A DNA stretch of 64,000 nucleotides, taken from Vicugna vicugna. Taxonomy: Eukaryota. Location: assembly GCA_013265495.1 (NCBI GenBank), contig MU057991.1:1-64000 (forward strand), read 5' to 3'. Position numbers and translations under genes: made by a program. Positions 27,061-39,984 of the stretch are shown here, piece after piece; the first letter of the stretch is position 1, and each line of letters starts with the position of its first letter. The notes beneath the pieces were generated by a model that was not told where the DNA came from, made no database searches, and saw only the letters and a list, made by a program, of their open reading frames with translations.

Positions 27061-28409
27061 ACCAGTTCTTGATCGCACACCAGCAAGGCCTTCTGCCTCT
27101 GTCCCTGGTCCTGAGCACCAGGCCTGCCCGCACCCCCCAGGCTCCTTTTGTTCAGACTTTGGGAGCGTGAACGCCCGCCCTAACTGGGCCAAGCTGAACG
27201 CCGCCGGTGTTGAGTTCAGCTTCTGTCGAGTGTGCCAGCAGCACCGCGTCGCAGCACAGGACAGTGAGCATCGTCGGGTTCTTCCTCTCGGGGGACACCC
27301 CCCCATTTTGCAGCACGTTGTGGCTTACGGGCCCAGGACAGACTGGCCAAAGCTGTTACCACGAAAACAAGGATCCTTGCTTTCCAAGTGCCTGGGGCAT
27401 TCGTTCTGTTGGTGAAGCCCTTGTTTGCCAGTTTGTTATTTACCTAAAGACCCCGCCTCAACCCCCTACTGAGCAGGAGGAGAAGGGATGGAATTTAGGT
27501 CAAATCCTCAGAGTTTTGAGTCTTTTGGACCTTCCTGCTGACTTCCCTGTGCCCAGAGCCACAGACGGCTGCAGTTCTAAGCTGACCAGTGTTGTGGGAC
27601 AGCGTGTCTTTGAACTTGGAATAGAAAAAGGATCTATTATTTTATCGAACAGTGGCTCTGGTTCTTCCTGTATTCAGGAGAGATAAATGCAGAATCATTT
27701 ATGTCAGTATGAGGATTACCATTTGGAATTAGCAGGGATGTGTTCTTTGGGGCCTTATTTAGATCTTGGCTAAGTACGGATAACTATATTTAGGAAGGGC
27801 TGAACTGCGTTTATAAATATCCTAGTCCCTGAGTAACGGGTGGCCAGGATTCTTCGCTGAGTGCAGACATCTTGTAAGCCTTTCCCAGTTCAAATCTGAG
27901 ATTCCCTCACTCGGATTGCTCCTGACGTTAGACGGGTTTGCACAATCCCACATGTTCTGCTCTGTAGATCGTTTATAAATTATATGTCGCTACTCTTTAC
28001 GATCCCTTCAGGACCTAGATGGCTGTGTCATTATTACTTCCATTAGACCCGGGGGGGAGCGTTGCATCATGAGCTCGTTGGAGGCCTGCCGTTTGCCCGG
28101 AACGTGGTGGAGCACGCTGGCCGATAAGGATGCCCAGACAGTAACAGAAAGCAGCTGCCCTGACCTCACCCAACAGAAGTGCTTTCTGCTTCAGTAGATG
28201 GTCAGTTCTCGCGAAGCCTTGACAGGCTCTTGGCAGAGTGGGTGGAGCTACTTTTAGCAGTTGCCATAAAACCCTGAAATTGATTTTTTTCTTAGTTTAT
28301 TTACTTCTCAAATTCTTTTTCTCCTCCCACATTTTAAGGCTGTTTATTTACATCAATTTTACCTTAATTATCAGGTTTATTGACAGTTGTTCATAATATT
28401 TCCTAATTA

Positions 28410-29061
28410 TCTTTTTTATTGAGTTATAGTCAGTTTATAATGTTGTGTCAATTTCTGATGCACAGCACGGTGCTTCAGTCACACATGAACATACATTTAT
28501 TCATTTTCATAGTCTTTTTCACCGTGAGCCACCACAAGATCTTGTATATATTTCCCTGTGCTCTACAGCATAAACTTGTTTATCTATTTTATATATGCCT
28601 GTCAGTATCTACAAATCTCGAACTCCCAGTCTGTCCCTTCCCACCCCCCTCCCCCCTGGCAATCACAAGTTTGTATTCTACGTCTATGAGTGTCTCTATC
28701 TTGTATTTATGTTCATTTGTCTTCTGTTTTGTTTTTTGTTGTTGTTGTTAGAGTTTTTTTTTTTAATTCCACATATGAGCGATCTCATGTGGTATTTTTC
28801 TTTCTCTTTCTGGCTTACTTCACTTAGAATGCCATTCTCCAGGGACATCCATGTTGCTGCCAATGGCATTATTTTATTATTTTTTATGGCTGTGTAGTAT
28901 TCCATTGTATAAATGGACCACAACTTCTTCATCCAGTCATCTGTCAGTGGACATTTAGGTTGGTCCCATGTCTTGGCTGTTGTAAACTGCTGCTGTGAAC
29001 ACTGGGGTGCACGTGTCTTTTTGAAGTAGGGTTCCTTCTGGGTATATGCCCAGGAGTGGGT
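28410..29061 (-). mobile_element. L1 3' end
   Basis: ORF 28696..29127 contains TTAKTWDQPKCPLTDDWMKKLWSIYTMEYYTAIK, followed by the shared 3'UTR. Confidence 0.9.
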
Positions 29062-32000
29062 CAAATTCTTTTTGGAGAAGACCTTACTCTTTTTAGGGAG
29101 ATTTTTGGAAAACGGGAAAGCACACAAATGTAAGGTATTACTTATTTAGAACCTTCGTTCTCAAGAGGTTTGGAAGCATTGCTCCGTCACAGTAAAACGA
29201 GCCTTGGAAGTCCCTTGTCCCAGAGAATTAAGAAAAGTTGCTTCAGGACACACAGTTCGGGGTGGAGCTGGTAAATGGCTGTGGGATTCAGTGAACTATA
29301 CACCAGTCTAGCCAGGCATTTTGATATATTCAATCTCAGTCACTTCATAAAGCTGTCTTCTAATCCTGGTTTTTAGAAATAAGGAAGCTGAGATCCGAGC
29401 TAACTGGCCACGTGGCCAGCAGTGGCAGTCAGGGTGGGAACGTGGTCCTCTCGGCTTCCATTCATTCCCCCTCGATGCGGAGAAGCCATCCGGCCCCTCG
29501 ATGCGCCGCAGCCTGGCTGGGGCCTTCTTTCTGCTGTTCCCCGTGCTGCCGTCTGCCCGCTCACGGCGTCACCTCCGACAGCCCGCCAGAGTTGGGGGCT
29601 ACTCTGGAAAGCCCCCTCACTCATCCCTTACAAACTCCCATTTTGACCGCCTCTGCAGAGCCCCAGCTGCCTGCCTCCGCCCCGAATCCTGGTGTTTATG
29701 CCGGGTTTGGAAATGGGCTTGGGTGGGCGGATGGTGGCTGTGCTGGTGGACTTTTCCCCCTGGCCCAGCCTGGCTCTCCATCCTGGCTGGTTTCCCGCAG
29801 GAATCTCCCCCAGCACTTCCCGCCCCGTGGAACCTAATCTCCGTTTATCCCACAAGGCGTCCGGGATGCTGTGCAGGCTGTCCATGACACCTGGTGCCCA
29901 GTGTCGTGCGTCTATTGAAGGAGAGCCTCAACAGCGAGAAGCATCAGGACCTCTCGGTCCTCATCCAGTGTTTTCCAGCTGGTGAATGAGACACGACGTG
30001 TGTTCTTTACATTATCCGTTCTTTACATTAACGATACATCTATCCGTGAAATAGATGTGTCGTTACAGCATTGACATTCCTCACAAGGAAGCTGTTGTAA
30101 AAGTCCAGCGACCAAAAAAAAAAAAAAATTGAAGGAGTTGCCTGGATATTAGCAACTTTCAAAGGACTTAACCCAATTTCAGGAACAATAAAAAGAAACT
30201 ATATTTTAGCCCTAGGTAGCTCCGTTTAAAAGGGATTTTTTCTCTTCTGTTTCAGGAAATATTCATAGCCATATTTTTTTTTTCTTAAGAGAATTTTTTT
30301 TATAAAGGAGCAAACTGGGTTAATGTTTTAAAAATAGGTCTTATTTGAGTGGATCAGTGAAAAATGGCAAAAGGTTATTGGCCAGTAACTGAGCAAGAGT
30401 AACCAGCAAGGCCCAGTGGAGTTGCCGGGAAGAGGTCTGGGGGGGTCTGGGCAAGAGTGGGTGGGAATAGGGTGCTGGGCGTCTGCGCCGGGCGGGGCAC
30501 CGAGGGGAGAGGGTGTCCCCCGTACCGATCTCGTGCGAGCATTAACCCCAGCTCCCTCATGTGCTTGCTCTTGGCAAAGTGGTGGCCTGTGTAGAAGCTC
30601 CCTGCTGGTCCTTAGGAAATGTCTTCAGGCTGGGAAGAGTGGATTTAAAAAAAAAAGGGGGGGGGCAAGCAGTTCATTACTTTTTGCACAACCCTTCCTG
30701 CAATTTCTTTTTTGCAAAGAATTAATCAAATGTACAATTTCCCTTTTCCATAAAAACTAATGTGCTACATGCATCGCTCGGCATGGTACTTCCTCGCTTA
30801 GCGCTGCCTCTTGCAAATCACTTCATCCTGGTTCTGAGAAGCCTCAGTCCTCTCGGTGGCCTGGTCCTCCACTGTATGGACTCACCGTCCCCCGCCTAGC
30901 CAGCCTGCTGTGAGCGGGCATTCAACGTCCTTCCCGGAATTTGGCTGTTAGAAGTAATGCCACGATAAATAACCTTGTGCGTGGGGCGTCCCATGATTAT
31001 GGAGAGATCACCAGAGATGGAGGAGAAACGCAACACTCGCTTGGCAGGCGTTGCTAAGTGTCCTTCCCAGCAGCCACGAACGGGAGTGTCTGGGAGCCGT
31101 GCCGTCTCACCGCTCAGGTTTTCACACCAGCTGCTGTAGCTCTGTGCTCCGCTCGGCCCTGTGACACACGCGTGTGTACGTCCCCACGCCCCCGCCCGCC
31201 GGCAGCTGAGTGCGGAAGATGCGCGGGCTGGGATGGATGCTGCCTGCCGCCCGCCCCCAGCCTCTCACCTGCCTACGGGGGAGCTGGGAGCAGGTGCCAC
31301 CCCTCGGTCCGTTCGCTTCTGCCGTCCTGCAGTCATCGGACGGCGGGGGGCAGTGGGCCGGGGGCAAAGGAGGTCCCTCGGGCAACTCTGGGCAGCCACA
31401 CCGTAAACAAATGTGAATCTGAGTGAGACACCCTTTGGGGGCCCCAGTTTTTTGTCTATAAATTGGCCTTCCTCATATTCATATACCAAGAAAAAAATCC
31501 TAAAAGGTTTAATGGTTCTAGTTCTGTTGTTTCAAGAGTTAGGAGATGAGGTGCAGGGGGCCAGGAACGTGGTGGTTCCGAAGACGGAGCCTGCAGAGGG
31601 CCTTCCCACAGCAGGGCCTGTGTCCTGACCCCCCACCCCTGCACTGAGCTGCCCTGGGAGGGGCCGGGGCAGCGGGAAGGGACGGCTTCAGCCTCTGGCC
31701 CTGGTGTCCCCAGCTTCGGGCTGGCACTCTTCCTTCACTGTGTCTGGAACTTGAGTGTCAGATTCTGAGACCGTGTGTCTGTCCCCAGCGGTGATGGAGA
31801 ATATAAAGAGGAGACATTTGAAATGCTCCCCCTGGTTTCTCAGTTGTGTCACCAAAGACTCCAGTGAAATGAATTGCCATTTCGGGCAGAGACCTGAAAT
31901 TGCGCTTCCTTCCAAAATAAATTGACTTCTTCAGCCGTCTGAACTTCATTGCTTGAACTGGACAACAGCTAACCCAGTCTAAATTAAACTCACTTTCCAT

Positions 32001-32711
32001 GAATAAAGCTGGGTCACTTCAGGCTGCCTAAATGTGCTTCTGAGTGTCGTAAAGCATATTTTTTAAAAAAAATTCAGTACTTCAAGCTCTTTCCATAACC
32101 CAGCTGATTTAGCCGGCAGAACATGTAACGTTCGAACCCACCTCTCCCTTAGATTCGGGGTCTGTTTCTGAACTTCCGCACGCACCTGTCGGGCAGGCCG
32201 AGGCAGCAGCCATCCCACACCCCGCGGGGGTCGGAGCCAGCAGGACAGTTCGTCCCTGCCTCGCCCAAAGAAAGCTTTGTTTTCACTGCTCCTTTTCCTG
32301 CTGGCAGCTTTGTGCTGTCGTATTTTGAAGGTGGGATTTACGCTTGGGGCCAGTGAGCTGGATCGTGGAGGTAGGAGGGTGTGTATTTTATTTTTAAATG
32401 ATGGCATGAGTGGAGTGATTTTAGAAGAACCTTGCTGGGCCAAGTCAGGGCACTTCCACTGGGAGCCCTTGGTGCACAGACGCATCTGCTCGGGGTGGGA
32501 GGTGCAGCGCCCCCCCCCCCCCCCCCCGCTCTGCCCCGCCCTCCGGGAATTTCCACATCAATTTCCTCGGAAGCACAGGGGAGGCTCCTGTGGTCCCTCC
32601 TTGTCCCCCACTTCCGTCTTCCTCGTCCCTGGGAGTGAGTGATGACCGATGCTGACTTCCAGAGTCCAGCAGACACAGGTGCCCACTCAGGGGTCGATGG
32701 CTTTTGGAACA

Positions 32712-32911
32712 CAGTGCGCCCTCCGAACAACATGGGTTTGAAACTGCGTGGGTCGCCTTACACGTGAATTTTTAAAACCAGTAAACACGACAGCCCTGAG
32801 GAACCGACCTGTGGAACCGGGAAGGGGGTGGGGGGCTAAGTTCTATGTGAACTGTCAACTCTGCAGAGGGCGGGCGCCCGGGAACCCCCTGCATCGTTCA
32901 GGGCTCGACTG
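32712..32911. mobile_element. Tigger2-like MITE
   Basis: Imperfect terminal inverted repeats cagtgcgccctccgaacaacatggg ... catcgttcagggctcgactg followed by TA. Confidence 0.65.
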
Positions 32912-33323
32912 TATCCTGAAATATACAGATCTAGAATTGTTCAGTTTCAGATGTCTTTCAAAAACAAAAGTGGGGGAAGCCTTTGTAATTCTGTATTTCT
33001 AACGTCCTTTAGGTACTTGAAGTAACACACCATGTGAATTTTAAGAAAGAATTGTCTAATTTTCATTTGTAATGAATTGTTCACGCCCTTGAATTTAGAG
33101 ACGTGAAAGGCTAGAAAAATTTTAGGGAAATAGACGTTCTCTTCCCTTTTAAAACATCTGAAGGAATGAAAAGTCATGTTGGGGGTGGGTCTCTGTAGTT
33201 CCTTGACGTCCCCCCCCCCAGCCCCTGCTTCTCACACTTTAAGCTTCCTTGTTTCTTTCCGTGAGGTCTTTTCCCCAATATGCAAGCAACTTTCCACTGA
33301 CAAATCTTTTCTTTTATTTCCAG

Positions 33324-33382
33324 TGTACAGAGGCCAAAAAGCACTGCTGGTATTTCGAAGGACTTTATCCAACATATTATAT
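33324..33382 (+). CDS. VOPP1: VOPP1 coding exon 2 (59 nt; CTEAKKHCWYFEGLYPTYY-I), end of signal peptide and start of Cys-rich luminal domain
   Basis: Acceptor tcttttcttttatttccag| at 33323 and donor |gtaagt at 33383. Translation matches the recalled human/mouse VOPP1 peptide. Phase 0 start, phase 2 end. Confidence 0.96.
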
Positions 33383-34074
33383 GTAAGTATTTGTGCTTGT
33401 CTGTGAGCCCGATTCTGCAGGTCACAGCCCAGCCTTGGGAGGCCCCCGGCCCTGCTCTCACCGGCCCCTGCCCTCCAGTGAGCAGGCCACCTCCCTGAGG
33501 ACGCCCCGCCCGCTCAGACCAGCCGCTGTGGGGACAGCGTTAAATGCTGGGCGCTCTGTTCTCTGGTTCGTGTCAACTCGCACGGGATTGGTCACAAAGG
33601 GCAAGACGCCTGAGCCAGGCCAGGGTTATGTTGGTTTATGCCACTCTTCCCAGGCAGACGGCGCACCGTAGCAGAAGTAGAATTTTGAATTTCTTGTGCA
33701 GGACAGGACAACGTACTTGGCTCGGCTGCTGTGACTGTGTGCATGTGAGAGAGAGAGATGACGGTGACCTCTGGGCCCCCCGGCCCCTCCCCAGACAGGG
33801 GCACACCTGCTGTGTTAGCCACTCTCTCTGCTGACCCACCTGCCTGGGTGGCCAGATTACCTTTCTAGATTATCAATCATTATTTTTGACTGTGTTTTGA
33901 AAGTCCCTAAGTTTTGAGTGGAACGCACCAAACCAGCTTTTCCCAAAAACTCTTTGTACTGAATGTTGCGAAACATGAGAAATTTCAGTAACGCGTATAC
34001 CGAATGCGTCTTACAGCAGAAACATTCCATTTTCTGGTATAAAGGGAGATTGGACAGGAAATACTATACATTTA

Positions 34075-34205
34075 CTATTTTTTTTTTTTGGCAGGCGGGA
34101 GGTCATTAGGTTTTATTATTTAGTTTTAGAGGAGATGCTGGGGATGGGACCCAGGACCTCGTGCCTGCTAAGCACGTGCTCTGCCTCTTGAGCCGTACCC
34201 TCCCC
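34075..34205 (-). mobile_element. tRNA-Ala-derived SINE (Vic-1-like)
   Basis: Reverse tRNA-like head ending gagccgtaccctcccc, with a poly-T tail. Approximate TSD ggaaa(t/c)a(c/t)tatacat. Confidence 0.88.
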
Positions 34206-35149
34206 TGGGAAACATTATACATGATGATCGCAAAGAGGGTTATTTTTCAATTGGCCAAGATGTGCATTTTCCGTCTCTGTCATTCTTAGGGAGTTTCTCA
34301 CCTCGAAGGGACCAGAGTAGGTGGGACGGTGGCCTGGCTGTGCAGGGGGATGGAGTGCACGGAGATGGGCAGCTTTCCCGCCTTGGTTTCATGCCGACAA
34401 GCAGGGGTCCTTCATGCCCCACGTGATGGGGGTCCTGGCAGATGTCCTCTGTGGCTGCAAAAAGACAGAAGTCCACTTGGACAGCAAAGCAGACGCATAA
34501 GGGCTTTGGTTCTCCTTGCGGAGCTGTCACGCTGAAGAGAAATGGCTGTGGGAATAAGAGGGACGTAAAAGATTTGGTTCCTGAGTGGGTCAGCCACGTC
34601 TTCCTGTGCGTTCTGCCTCAAAAAGGCATCTTTCTCAGACGGTTTGGTAGATCAGCTGGTAAACCGTTTCCTGGTTTGTCAGAGGTCATTGCTCGTTTGT
34701 TCCTTTGTCCGTTTCTTTCTTCACTACATGTTTTGAAAGTGTTTCTGCTTTGACAGAAAAGTACCAAGCCAGGCCCCGTGCTTGTCACTTGGACCTGCTG
34801 CTTTGGTGGGTGCCTGTCACCTCTCTGCTGATAGTGAGGGGAAGGGTCCTAAAACTTAAAAAATAAAGCCACTCGACCCGTTTTTAGAGTACTGAAGTGT
34901 AAAAATGATAGCAGGGAGCATTTATTGGGCCCTTAATGTAGGCTGGGCATTGTTTTATGCCCCTTTCATGAATTCGTGTCATTTAATCCCGCAGCCACTT
35001 GCAAACCCCAACCCTACACACCAGTCTTCTTGAATCCATCCCTGATCTGTCGTTCCTCTGCTGTCTGTCCCCACAGCCTTCACCTGGATCCGCACCTCTG
35101 TTAACGCTCACCTGAAGCATGGCATAAGCGTTCTTACCCCCACCCCAGT

Positions 35150-37110
35150 TCTACTGACATATAACCGGCCTGCAACATTGTCTAAGTTTACAGGTGCGCA
35201 GTGCAGTGATGGGATGCGCTTACCTGCTGCAAAGCGATCACCGCCGTAGCCTTAGCTAACACCTGCATCGCGTCCCACAATTACCTTTATGGGTAATTAT
35301 TACCCATAATTCTGTGATGAGGACTTTGAGATCTACTCTTTTAGTAACTTTCAAGTTACTTTCAAGTATATAATAAAGTATTGTTAACGACAACCACCAT
35401 GCTGTGCGTTAGATGCCCGGAACTTACTTGTAACTGGAAGTTTGTGCCCTTTGACACATATCTCCTCATTACCCCCGCTTCCGCCCCAGCCCCCTGGTAA
35501 CCAGCCTTCTACTCTCTTTTTTCTACAAGTTCTGCTTTTCTAGATTCCACATGTAAGTGAGATCATGCAGTATCTACCTTTTTCTGTATGCCTTAGCATG
35601 ATCGCCTCAAGGTCCATCCATGTTGTTGCAAATGGCGGGGTTTCCCGCTTCCTCAGCACTGAATCGTATTCCATCGTGTGCACAGGTGCCACGTGTTCTT
35701 TACCCATTCACCCACTGATGCAGGCTGCCTTGGCTACTGTGGATAGTTGCTGCAGTGAGCCCAGGATTGCAGCTGTCTCCTCAAGATCTTTTTTCCATTT
35801 CCTTTGCATGTATTCCCGGAAGTGGCATTCGCAGTTCTATTTTTAAGTTTTTGAGGAACCTCTGTGCTGCTCTCCATGGTGGCTGTACCGCTTTGCCTTC
35901 CCACCAGCAGTGCACTGACTTCACACTTCTCCCACGCCAACACTTATCTTGTCTTCTTTTCTATTGAGTTATAGTCAGTTTACCATGTTGTGTCAATTTC
36001 TGGTGCACAGCACAGTGCTTCAGCCATACGTGAATATTCACATATTCATTTTCATATTTTTCACCTTGAATATATTTCCCTGTGCTGTACAGTATTAACT
36101 CGTTTGTCTGTTTTATGTGCACCAGTCAGTATCTGCAAATCTCGAACTCCCAGTCTATCCCTTCCCATCCCACTCCCCGCTGGGAACCACAAGTCTGTAT
36201 TCTGTGCCTGTGTTACCTTGTCTTTTTCACGATAGCCATCAGACCGATGTGAGGTGATACCTCTGTGTGATTTTGGTTTGCATTTTCCTAATGATTTGCG
36301 ATGTTAAGCACATTTTCATACACCTGTTCGCCATCTGTGTGTCTTCTTTGGAAAATGAACTGTTCAGCTCCTCTGCCTTTTAAAAAATTGGATTATTTGC
36401 TTTTTTCTGTATGAGTTCCTTCTATATTTTCTATATGAGTTCCTTCTAACCCCTTATCTGTTATGTGGTTTGCAAGTATTTTCTTCCAGTAGTTCATTTT
36501 GCTGAGTGTTTCTTTTGCTGAACAGGAGCTTTTTAGTTTGAAGCTTTCTGGTCCTTTTTTGCTTTTTGTGTTTTTGTTGTTTGTGCTTTCGGTGTCGTGT
36601 CCAAAAAGTCATTGCCAAGGCCGGTGTTGAGGCGCTTCTCCCTGCATGTTCTTCTGGTTTTGTGGTGTTAGGTCTTACATTTAAGTCTTCGATCCGTTTC
36701 AGGCTAATCTTTGTGAGTGGTGTGAGGTAGGGGTTCCGTTTCATTTTTCTGCATGTGTTTCTCCAGTTTTCCCAGCACCGTTTGTTAAAGACACTATTCT
36801 TTCCCCATCGGGTGCTTTTGGCTCCCTCGTTAACTGTTAGTTGACTGTTTATGTGAGGGTTTATTTCTGGCCTTTTTATTCTTTTCCATTGGTCAGCGTG
36901 TGCATATGTGTGCCAGTACCGAACTGTTTGTATTACTGAACTTGGTCGTATCGTCTGATTTCAGGGAGCTTGATTCCTAGTTCTTCCTTCTCATGATCGC
37001 TTTGGATATTTGGGGTCTTTTGTGATTCCATACAAATTTTAGGATTGTTTTTTTTCTGTCTCTGAAAAATGCCATTGGAATTTTGGTAGGATTTCCATGG
37101 AGTCTGGAGG
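35150..37110 (-). mobile_element. Older L1 (3'UTR + ORF2 3' part) with a younger L1 3' end nested at ~35960-36210
   Basis: ORF 36454..36744 has PYLTPLTKISLKRIEDLNVRPNTTK (L1 ORF2). The young 3'UTR (attgagttatagtcagttt...) interrupts it at ~35960. Confidence 0.85.
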
Positions 37111-37807
37111 TGACTTTCTGGTGGCCCTCCTTTCTTTCTCTTCTCTCATTAAGTTCTCACTTCTTCATAAATTACTGAAAATTCTGTGTCGCTTCCCTAC
37201 TTAAAAATATCAGGAACAAAGTTCAGATTCTTACCCACCTTTAGAAACAGTAGGTCCCCATGATACTTGTCTGGCTTTATCACGTCGGGCACATGGTGGG
37301 CATCCCTGAATGTTGGGTGGATTTGCATGGCTGCTCGTCCATTCCCCACCTTTGGCTCTGCTGTTCGTCTCTGGCATTTCCTGGTTCTCTGCCTGGCAGG
37401 CTCCTTGGTGACAGGGAAACCTTCCTTCAGAATCAGTTCCTCCTTCCCTGTTGGCTCTGATACAGCATCCTGGAAAGTCTCCACACAGTACGGTGTGTCA
37501 GTTGAGTGCTTCTGGTATGGGGCCCATAATGTGTGCATTTATTTGGCTCCAGTGTGTAGCACTGTACACGGCACAGCATGTAGCTTGACCCTTGATGCTT
37601 GTCTTCATGTCTGCGCAGCTGGTGTACTACAAGCTTCTTTCTCCCTGTTTCCATTTCCTGGATTCTGGCCCCTTGCCCTTAATCATAGATTTGCAAGTGT
37701 TTCAGAGTCCAGAGGATTAAGGTCTAAATATTTGCTCTGATACTTTTGTGTAAAACTGAGGTGAAATTCTCATAACAAAATTAACCATTCTAAAGTGAAC
37801 GGTGCAG

Positions 37808-38376
37808 GGTAAAGAAGTTGTGGTGTATTTCTACAGTGGAATACTACTCAGCCATAAAAAATGATAAAATAATGCCATTTGCAGCAATTTGCAGCAAATG
37901 GCCCTGGAGAATGTCATTCTAAGTGAAGTCAGCCAGAAAGAGAAAGAAAAATACCGTATGAGGTCACTCATATGTGGAATCAAAAAAAAAAGAAAAAAGA
38001 AAAAAACCAAATGAACTTATATATAAAACAGAAACAGACTCACAGACGTAGAATACAGACTTGTGGTTGCCAGAGGGGAGGAGGCGGTGGGAAGGGATGG
38101 ACTGGGAGTTCGAGATTTGTGGATACTGACCGATGTATATAGACTAGATAAGCAAGTTTATACTGTAGAGCACAGGGAAATATATTCAAGATCTTGTAGT
38201 AACTCACGGTGAAAAAGTATATGAAAATGAACATACATATGTTCAGGTATGACTGAAGCATTGTGCTGTGCACCAGAAATTGACACCACATTGTAAACTG
38301 ACTATACCTCAATTTAAAAAAATAATAAATTATATTGGAATTCTTAGAACACAAAAATAATGAATCAGTGAGTAAA
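37808..38376 (+). mobile_element. 5'-truncated young L1 3' end with extended tail
   Basis: ORF2 tail plus shared 3'UTR. TSD taaagtgaac(g/a)gtgcag at 37791-37807 and 38377-38393. Confidence 0.9.
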
Positions 38377-39529
38377 TAAAGTGAACAGTGCAGTGCCCCA
38401 TAGTTTAGTCATTGTGTTGTGAAGTCACTGACTTTGTCCAGTTCCAGGCATTTCCATCGCTGCTCTGTCATTTCCCAGCCCTGTGACCTTCTCAGCTGGC
38501 TTCGCATGAAATGTGAACACAAATGTTGACCTCCTGGCTTGCAGGGCCTGTGCGTGGTCAGCGCGGAAATTGTATGCAAATATGTGCCCACCCAAGGCCA
38601 GCTGGCATCTCTGTGGCGCGTGCGCACAAGACGGGTTCTCACCCAGACTGGCCCTGCCACTTCCCTGCAGGCCTGAGGGACATCGGTGCCCTGACACACC
38701 CCCCGGGGCTCAGTGTGGTGCCACGGAGAGGAGCCGCTTTTGGGCGTCCACCCCTGTTATCCAAGGGGAAGGAGGAAAGGTGACTTAGGTACATTCTACT
38801 CTGCCCAAGCTTACATTGCTCAAGGATTGATTTGCTGCAGGTTGGACGGCTTTTGGACGATCACAACCTTGAGCCTGTGTGTTGGTCCCCGAATCCAACC
38901 CCATCGTGGTTTCTGTGGGCGTGGCACCGATGTGGTGCAGATAAAGGAGACTGTCACCTGGTCCAAGCTCGCTTGCTGGGGGCCTGGGCATCCAGGGCCC
39001 CACCAGGGCTGGTGCCACGTGGTCCACACGGTGTGTCAGACACATGTTCGGATGCGGGATGCTTCCTGCTCAGGCACAGAGATATTGCCTCTTCTCCGTT
39101 CAGTCCACATTTGCATGTTGAGTGTCTGGCACGTGCTGATTGTGATGATTCAGTGGCGCCTGTGCCGCGGGGGCTGTGGCATAATAGTGTGTGACGGACC
39201 AGTTCATTTTTTGAAGCACCTTCTAACATTATTTCAGAAACCATGGGTTATAACATCTCATTTAAAAACTGTATTCCACCTCTCATTTCTTCTGGGTTAA
39301 GTGCTTTATGCTTTTTCTCTTAAATACATAATTCTTTCAGGATATGATGACTCAAGATGGTATTTTTATTCTATTATAGGGTTTTTCCCTCTGCAGAAAA
39401 TACGTTACAAATGGCATCTCTGTTTTATGCTGATCATTTGCCCTGGAGCACACTGGGGAGAGAACGTCTAGGTTACACACTTGTTTTAGAGATTTTACTC
39501 TTACGTTTGAAATCTAATTTCATTTGTCT

Positions 39530-39984
39530 TGCGGTGGGAAGCCCCATGAAAAGACCAGCAGGACCCCCAGGCAGGGCCACTGCTTTGCCACCCATGCCAT
39601 CATGTTCCCTAGCCCTGCGGTATTATCTTGCTTTTGTGCTTCTGTAAAAGGGCTGGCTTCTAGGAAAGCGAAACGTACCCCTAAGAGTCTATTGATTCCC
39701 AAAGCTCACTCCTGATTGGTTCATTTCTAACACCTCATTTGCATAAAGCTCACTCCTGATTGGTTCATTTGTTACACCTACTCTGCATAGGATGTTGCAG
39801 AATCTTGACTAGTACCCTATAAAATCCTGTGTAAACCCACAGACGGGGTCCAGAGCTTGGAGTGGTAACTCCTCTGGGCCCGCTGGCGTAATAAACCCGA
39901 GTTCTCCAACCCCCCCAGTGTCCCTCGATCTCTTGCCCGGATCCAGGTTGCTGTCACCCTGAGCTGTCACCCTTTGCTGTAACA
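39530..39984 (+). mobile_element. Solo ERV LTR (family copy A; 2 x 44-bp CCAAT/octamer units)
   Basis: TG...CA ends, TATAAAA at 39818-39824 and AATAAA at 39890-39895. Colinear with the LTRs at 53570-53988 and 61977-62705. No clear TSD. Confidence 0.85.
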
